This document shows positions 58,547-64,000 of a DNA stretch of 64,000 nt, in pieces. A model generated the notes under the pieces. That model made no database searches and was not told the origin of the DNA. It saw only the letters and a program-made list of their open reading frames with translations. Positions within the stretch are counted from its first letter, which is position 1. Every line of letters begins with the position of its first letter. The stretch is from contig JBBILD010000003.1 in assembly GCA_037445065.1 (NCBI GenBank), positions 1 to 64,000 of the forward strand, read 5' to 3'. The position numbers and the translations under genes were made by a program. The DNA comes from Myxococcales bacterium (GTDB lineage Bacteria > Desulfobacterota > Binatia > HRBIN30).

Positions 58547-59125
58547 ATGAGTAGTTCGTCGTTAGTGCGCCGCAATCTCACCGAGTTTTTCCGAGAGATT
58601 CTGCAGCGAGCCATGGAAGCGCAGGAAGTGCGTACCACGGAGGATGCAGAATTTTACCTGGTCAAACTGCTCGAAGGGGTTGCGCATCCGGTACGCCGCT
58701 GGGACGACCGCCCGCTTGCGCTCGATTACTTGGAGTCCTTTCACAGTCCGCCGGCTCATCGCTTCGGCAAGCTCAAGCACGTTGGCGACACAGCGTTGCT
58801 CATGGCCGGGTTGTTCATGGAAGCGATGGACCGCCGGCTCGTGAACAGTGACTACTACGCGATGCTCGGCCAAACTGCGTACGGCCACCTCGCAACCTTG
58901 GGGAGCGTTGGAACGGCCAGCGGCGTGTTTTCCGAGTTATCCGACCGGTTCCGCGACTTGGTGCGGGTGTTCGCGGAAATCAGTTTCCGCGATCTGTTTC
59001 CAAGCGACGCGCAGGCGTTACGCGTGTACACACGCTGGCTCTACACGCGCAGTGAGCGGGATGCGCTGTGGCTCATCCAGCGCGGTATGATCCCGGTGCG
59101 GCCACCAAAGGGGAAAGCCCACTGA
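58547..59125 (+). CDS. Conserved-looking hypothetical protein
   Basis: Helical protein-like composition (EFYLVKLL, LKHVGDTALLMAGLF, YYAMLGQTAY, FSELS..F); fills the gap between ctpA and the pmtA-like gene. Confidence 0.75.
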   Translation: MSSSSLVRRNLTEFFREILQRAMEAQEVRTTEDAEFYLVKLLEGVAHPVRRWDDRPLALDYLESFHSPPAHRFGKLKHVGDTALLMAGLFMEAMDRRLVNSDYYAMLGQTAYGHLATLGSVGTASGVFSELSDRFRDLVRVFAEISFRDLFPSDAQALRVYTRWLYTRSERDALWLIQRGMIPVRPPKGKAH

Positions 59126-59771
59126 GTGCAGCCTTCTCGGCGGCCTTGCCGTTGCGGGCAATCATAATGGTGAAGAGGGAGTAACGGCTCAGTTTGAAGG
59201 CGCGCACTTGGTCCAGCGGTTGAGAGTCCAGCACCTCGTTCAAGTCCAGGGTGTGCCAGCCGAGATGTAAGGTGATCGGCTCCACCATGCGATCGAGAGC
59301 CGCGAACAACCGGTTGCGGCTGCGGAAGTGGTTGATCAAAGCGATGGTCCCCTGGGGTTTGCTGACACGCACGATCTCTCCCATCAGCCGCCGAGCATCC
59401 GGCACAACGCTCACGACATGGAAGGCGGTTACGTAATCGAAGACACTGTTCTCGAACTGCAGATTGAGCGCATCCATCCGCATGAGGCGGATGTGGGTCC
59501 AGCCGTGGCGTCGTACCTTTTCCTGTGCCTTTTGCAGCATGTCGGGAGCGAGATCGATGCCGACCACTTGCGCATGTGTTGGATAGGCCTCGAGCGAGAT
59601 CCCGGTACCAACGCCGACCTCGAGCACCTTGGCGCCAGGCGGAATGGCCAATGACTCAATCACACGGTGGATACGCGGGGCAAAGATCCGCGTAAAAATT
59701 AAATCGTAAACGTGAGCGAGCTCCGAATACAGTTTACTCTCGTGTGCCTGCGCGCCCTCGAATGCGGCCAT
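59073..59771 (-). CDS. Class I SAM methyltransferase, PmtA-like (phospholipid N-methyltransferase)
   Basis: YDLIF, VLEVGVGTG, GIDL..DML, VVSVVPD, NHF. Confidence 0.75.
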   Translation of the reverse strand: MAAFEGAQAHESKLYSELAHVYDLIFTRIFAPRIHRVIESLAIPPGAKVLEVGVGTGISLEAYPTHAQVVGIDLAPDMLQKAQEKVRRHGWTHIRLMRMDALNLQFENSVFDYVTAFHVVSVVPDARRLMGEIVRVSKPQGTIALINHFRSRNRLFAALDRMVEPITLHLGWHTLDLNEVLDSQPLDQVRAFKLSRYSLFTIMIARNGKAAEKAALSGLSPLVAAPGSYRAG

Positions 59772-59817
59772 GCGTGCGTGCTCCTTGCGCGGTTCCCCAG
59801 GGGCTGAGCGCGGGAGC

Positions 59818-60006
59818 TTACGCGGCCGTGTCCCCGCGTAGCTCGCGTTTGAAAGCGGTTACGTCGCGTTGCCGAAAACGCCACTGCCGGCCTTTCTTGA
59901 ACGCCGGCAGGATACTCTTGCGCGCGAATTCGTTCACGGTGTCCGGACTCATATCGAGAATACGAGCAACTTCCTTGCTCGTGAGAATTGCATCGTCTTT
60001 TTCCAT
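59818..60006 (-). CDS. Small excisionase-like (HTH_17/MerR-type) DNA-binding protein, 62 aa
   Basis: LTSKEVARIL.....TV......ILPAFK.GRQWRF. Confidence 0.85.
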   Translation of the reverse strand: MEKDDAILTSKEVARILDMSPDTVNEFARKSILPAFKKGRQWRFRQRDVTAFKRELRGDTAA

Positions 60007-60143
60007 CGCGATTCCCCCCGCAGGCCGGTCACTTGTCCGCTCAAAAATTGAATAGCTAGGATCGGCTAACATGGAGGAAAAATGCAGTCAAGGAAGCCAC
60101 CCCTCGTTAGATTCCCTCGGAAAAACCTCGCTAATTCACTGAC

Positions 60144-61862
60144 TTATCGCTGGTTCCCCGTGCGACTGGGGCGCAAACGCAGCAAGCGCAAGCGGGCCGG
60201 GGCTCGGCCTTGCGGGGTGAGGCGGTCGAGAGTGTACAAGATGTCGAAAGTGCCCTCCGTCAGGGGTTGGCGCTCATCGGGCCAGCGAAAGGCGATCGCT
60301 GGCCAGCTTCGGTCACCTTGCACCAAGAACATCCGGAAATGCTCTCCGCCAAAGGGCTGAACCGCGCGCAGAGACACCGCTCGCGAGAAAAACACGGGCT
60401 CGGGATTGCCGGCCCCGAACGGCTCGAGTTGTTCGATCTCTTGCCAGGTGCGGTCTGTCAGTTGCTCGAGGGGTAGTTCGAGATCTGCCCACACGGTTTC
60501 GGTGACTTGGGGTGCTCGCTGCAGGCGGATGGCTTGTTCGAAGCAGTGGCGGAAGGCCGGGATCTGGTCGGCCGCAATGGTGAGTCCGGCTGCCATCGGG
60601 TGCCCACCGAAACCGAGCAGAAGATCCGCGCACTCGCGCAACGCGGCGTGGACGTTCCAACCCGCGACGCTGCGCACGGATCCACGCCCGACGCCGCTTT
60701 GCGGGTCGAGTGCAATCAGGGCCGTGGGGCGCTGGAAGCGCTCCACCAAGCGGGCGGCGACGATCCCAATCACCCCAGGGTGCCAATCCGGGCTTGCGTA
60801 CACTAGAGTGCTCAAATGTTCCAAATCTGCGTCAGAGCGGCACAGTTCGATCGCCTGGCGCAGGACTTCCGCTTCGATCACCTGCCGATCTCGGTTGGTT
60901 TGGTCAATGAGCTGGGCAAGTTGCCAGGCGCGTTCCGTGTCTTGCTCGATGAGCAACTCGAACGCCTCTCGCGCAAGTCGCAGGCGGCCGCTCGCGTTCA
61001 GGCGCGGGGTGAGGCGGAAACTGACCGTTGCGGTGTCCATGCGTTCCCAGCCGGCAACCGACCGCAGCGCAGCGATGCCGGGGCGGGCTCCATTTTCGAG
61101 TAGGCGCAAGCCGTGGCTTACGATGACGCGGTTCTCCTCCGTGAGCGGAACGAGATCAGCCACCGTGCCCAGGCTCACCAAGTCCAAGCACTGGCGCAAG
61201 TCAGGGAGCTCTCCCCCCTGCGCGCGCAGGCGGCTGCGCACGCCGAGGGCCAGGTAAAAGGCAACTCCGGCACCGCACAGTCCTGAGAAAGGAAACCCGG
61301 CATTGTGCTCCACTGGATTGAGCACGGCGTAGGCCGGTAGGGGCTCTTTCGGGACCTGGTGATGATCGCACACGATGACGTCCATCCCCAATTCCCGCGC
61401 CACCAGCAACTCGCGGTGACTCGCCCCGCCGCAGTCCACGGTGATCAGCACCCGGGTACCGGCGCCTGCCAACTCCTTCAGCGCAGCAGCGTTGAGTCCG
61501 TATCCTTCACGGTGGCGGTCGGGAATGTACACCGAAGGGGCATGGTCGAGATCGCGCAAGAAGCTGTACAGAACCGCCGCCCCGCTCACTCCGTCCACAT
61601 CGTAGTCTGCAAAGATGGTAACTGGCTCCCGGCGCGTGAGAGCGGCGATCACTCGGTGTACGGCGCGCTCCATGTCGCGGAACAAGAAGGGAGAGCGCAG
61701 TCCTTCACTGAGCCGAGGCTTGAGGAAGCGCTCCGCAGAGGCTGGGTCTTCGATCCCACGACGGACCAGGAGCTGCGCCAAAAGGGAGTTGATCCCCAGC
61801 TCACCTTCGAGTTGGGCTTCCGCCGCTGGATTCCCAGTCCGCAGGCACCACCGTTCCGCCAT
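60144..61862 (-). CDS. recJ: Single-stranded-DNA-specific exonuclease
   Basis: DYDVDG, TVDCG, DHH, GTVADLVPL..ENR, PRLNASGR, GGHPMAAG, EPFGAGNPEP. Confidence 0.95.
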   Translation of the reverse strand: MAERWCLRTGNPAAEAQLEGELGINSLLAQLLVRRGIEDPASAERFLKPRLSEGLRSPFLFRDMERAVHRVIAALTRREPVTIFADYDVDGVSGAAVLYSFLRDLDHAPSVYIPDRHREGYGLNAAALKELAGAGTRVLITVDCGGASHRELLVARELGMDVIVCDHHQVPKEPLPAYAVLNPVEHNAGFPFSGLCGAGVAFYLALGVRSRLRAQGGELPDLRQCLDLVSLGTVADLVPLTEENRVIVSHGLRLLENGARPGIAALRSVAGWERMDTATVSFRLTPRLNASGRLRLAREAFELLIEQDTERAWQLAQLIDQTNRDRQVIEAEVLRQAIELCRSDADLEHLSTLVYASPDWHPGVIGIVAARLVERFQRPTALIALDPQSGVGRGSVRSVAGWNVHAALRECADLLLGFGGHPMAAGLTIAADQIPAFRHCFEQAIRLQRAPQVTETVWADLELPLEQLTDRTWQEIEQLEPFGAGNPEPVFFSRAVSLRAVQPFGGEHFRMFLVQGDRSWPAIAFRWPDERQPLTEGTFDILYTLDRLTPQGRAPARLRLLRLRPSRTGNQR

Positions 61863-61902
61863 CAAGGACTTTGTGGCACAGGCTTCCCGTAGGGCCAAGG
61901 GA

Positions 61903-62826
61903 TTAGGCCGTGCGCGCTCGTGCCAAAGCCGATCCCTGCAGCCAGAGGACGATGGGGCTGGAGATAAAGATCGAGGAGTACGTGCCAACGGTAAAGCCCA
62001 CGAGCAACGCAAAGGCGAATCCGTTGATCACGTCCCCGCCCAAGAAAAACAGCGCGAGCAAGACCAAAATCGCGGTTCCCGTGGTTAGGATTGTGCGGCT
62101 CAAGGTTTCGTTGATGCTTTGGTTGATGATCTTGTCGAGAGGATCGCGGCGGTTCTTGCGCAAGTTTTCGCGGATTCGATCGGAAACAATCACCGTGTCG
62201 TTGACCGAAAAGCCGACTACCGTCAGCAGTGCGGCGACAATGGTCAAATCGAACTCGTAGTTGAAGAGGGACAGCGCACCGACTGTGATCAACACGTCGT
62301 GGAACAAAGCAACTGCCGCTCCGATCCCGAAGCGCAGTTCGAAGCGGATCCAAATGTAAATCCCCATCATGACCGTGGCCGCGAGCACGGCGAGGATGGC
62401 GCGCGTGCGCAGCTCGCGGCCGACACGTGGGCCGACCGTTTCGATGCGCAGGATCTCCCATGCGTCGGTGCCGAATCTGTCGGTCAGGGCACGGGTAACC
62501 CGTTCGCTCACGTCGCTCTTCTCGTCCTTGCCCGAGGCAACTCGGATCAGGAACTCGCCGCCGCGTGAGTCGGCACTGCGAAAGTCCTGGATCGAGGCGT
62601 CGGCTAGTTCCGCGGCAGCGAGAGCGCTGCGTACGGCGTCCACCTTTTCTTCCTTGTGAAAGCGGACGTGCACGAGGGTACCACCGGCAAAGTCAATTCC
62701 ATAATTCGGCCCGCCCTTGAGAACCAGCGAGGCAAGGCCGGCCAAAATCAACGCCGAAGAAACGACGAGGGCTTTCCTGAAGTTGCCGACGAAATCGAAT
62801 TTTGTCCCCGGTTTGATCAGTTCCAT
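61903..62826 (-). CDS. secF: Protein translocase subunit SecF
   Basis: GIDFAGG, VGP.VG.EL, HDV, GFSVNDTVIVSDRIRE, SRTILT. Confidence 0.95.
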   Translation of the reverse strand: MELIKPGTKFDFVGNFRKALVVSSALILAGLASLVLKGGPNYGIDFAGGTLVHVRFHKEEKVDAVRSALAAAELADASIQDFRSADSRGGEFLIRVASGKDEKSDVSERVTRALTDRFGTDAWEILRIETVGPRVGRELRTRAILAVLAATVMMGIYIWIRFELRFGIGAAVALFHDVLITVGALSLFNYEFDLTIVAALLTVVGFSVNDTVIVSDRIRENLRKNRRDPLDKIINQSINETLSRTILTTGTAILVLLALFFLGGDVINGFAFALLVGFTVGTYSSIFISSPIVLWLQGSALARARTA

Positions 62827-62840
62827 CTGCGACCTCTCCA

Positions 62841-64000
62841 CTAAATGCTCACGCGCTCGATCCGCCGCCGTGAAAGCAACCAGTCGTAAACCATGCGCGT
62901 GCCCACAACAGCGGTAAAGACGGAAGTCACGATGCCCACGCACAGGGTGACCGCGAAGCCTTTGATCGGGCCGGATCCAAACTGGAACAGAATCAGGCCG
63001 GATAGGAAAGTGGTGATATTCGAGTCGAGAATTGCCGGGAGGGCGCGTTCATAGCCGGCCTGGATGGCCGCGGCTGGACCTTTGCCGAGACGCAATTCTT
63101 CGCGGATGCGTTCGTTGATAAGCACGTTGGCATCTACCGCCATCCCCAGCGTGAGAACGATGCCGGCAATGCCGGGCAGAGTCAGAGTTGCCTGTAAAGC
63201 CGCCAGGGCAGCGAGCAGGAAGGCAACGTTGAGAATCAGTGCGAGGTCGGCGAGCAGCCCCGCAAACCGGTAGTACACGATCATGAAAATGACGACCATC
63301 GAGCCGCCGACCATGAAGGAGATAAACCCTTTGCGAATGGAATCTTGACCTAACGTCGGCCCGACCGTGCGCTCCTCGGCGATGTACACCGGGGCAGGAA
63401 GGGCGCCGGCACGCAAGACAATGGCCAGGTCGCGTGCCTCCTGAAGGCTGAACTGGCCGGTGATCGAGGCGCGGCCGCCGCCGATCCGTTCTTGGATCAC
63501 CGGTGCAGAGTACACCATTCCGTCGAGGATAATGGCGAGGCGGCGCTTCACGTTGGCACCAGTGATTTCCTCGAAGCGCTTGGCACCGCGCGGCGTGAAG
63601 TCGAGGGACACGTACGGTCCCTCGAGCTGCGTGCCTGCTCGAACCCGCGCATCGGCAATGGCGTCACCCGTCAGCAGCACCTTCTTCTCGACCAGGTACT
63701 TGGTCTTTTCGATCCGGTGGCCGACGCGCTCGCCCGTATAGCCGGGAACGATTTCCAGATCGGGCGGCAAGGGTTTCTGGCCGCTGATGTAAGCGTCTGC
63801 GTCCGGGACTTCGGCCAGCAGTTTGAACTCCAGCACGGCCGTGCGGCCAATGAGGGCTTTGGCGCGCTGTGGGTCCTGCACACCAGGCAACTGCACCAGG
63901 ATATCCTGACTGCCTTGGCGTTGGATGATTGGCTCGGCGACCCCGAACTGGTCCACTCGATTGCGGATGGTTTCGAGGGCCTGGTCAACGGCGAATTCGC
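62841..64000 (-). CDS. secD: Protein translocase subunit SecD (5' part outside the window)
   Basis: GVAEP.IQ, LRAGALPAP, VGPTLG, GMAVDANVLINERIREE. Confidence 0.95.
   Translation of the reverse strand, partial: EFAVDQALETIRNRVDQFGVAEPIIQRQGSQDILVQLPGVQDPQRAKALIGRTAVLEFKLLAEVPDADAYISGQKPLPPDLEIVPGYTGERVGHRIEKTKYLVEKKVLLTGDAIADARVRAGTQLEGPYVSLDFTPRGAKRFEEITGANVKRRLAIILDGMVYSAPVIQERIGGGRASITGQFSLQEARDLAIVLRAGALPAPVYIAEERTVGPTLGQDSIRKGFISFMVGGSMVVIFMIVYYRFAGLLADLALILNVAFLLAALAALQATLTLPGIAGIVLTLGMAVDANVLINERIREELRLGKGPAAAIQAGYERALPAILDSNITTFLSGLILFQFGSGPIKGFAVTLCVGIVTSVFTAVVGTRMVYDWLLSRRRIERVSI

Noticed and set aside
59818..60143. Excisionase-like gene as a sign of a prophage or ICE
   Set aside because: No integrase, att-like repeats, tRNA or phage genes; flanked by housekeeping genes.

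Overview
64 kb of chromosome from a high-GC bacterium. Gene order is delta-proteobacteria-like; the Cys-rich secreted proteins and a cohesin-like lipoprotein suggest Candidatus Binatia, which is inference only. About 50 CDS are supported; no rRNA, tRNA, CRISPR array or transposase was seen. Left to right: (1) a 1510-aa secreted protein with three NIDO-like domains and 17 tandem disintegrin-like repeats; (2) a LysR gene divergent from a nitrate-assimilation operon with a sigma-54-type promoter (nirB, nirD, a NarI-like membrane protein, a Nas-type molybdoenzyme, a DmsB-like 4x[4Fe-4S] protein, a Tat-Rieske protein, narK); (3) cohesin-like and lipase-like lipoproteins; (4) suhB and a moxR/bat operon with a BatD-BatE fusion; (5) a lipoprotein MsrB-MsrA; (6) an osmotic-stress block (NhaB/NhaD-like transporter, otsB, otsA, treS fused to a degenerate maltokinase, divergent hppA); (7) housekeeping genes (aspC, an in-frame rsmD-coaD ORF, fabI, lgt, leuCD, tlyA-ispA-xseB-xseA without dxs, ctpA, pmtA-like, recJ, secF, partial secD). 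Intergenic regions carry a dispersed GTAG-type REP/REPIN-like element. The best candidates for something undescribed are the membrane/Rieske-coupled assimilatory nitrate reductase module and the poly-disintegrin/NIDO protein. All calls come from reading motifs by eye; no database searches were run.
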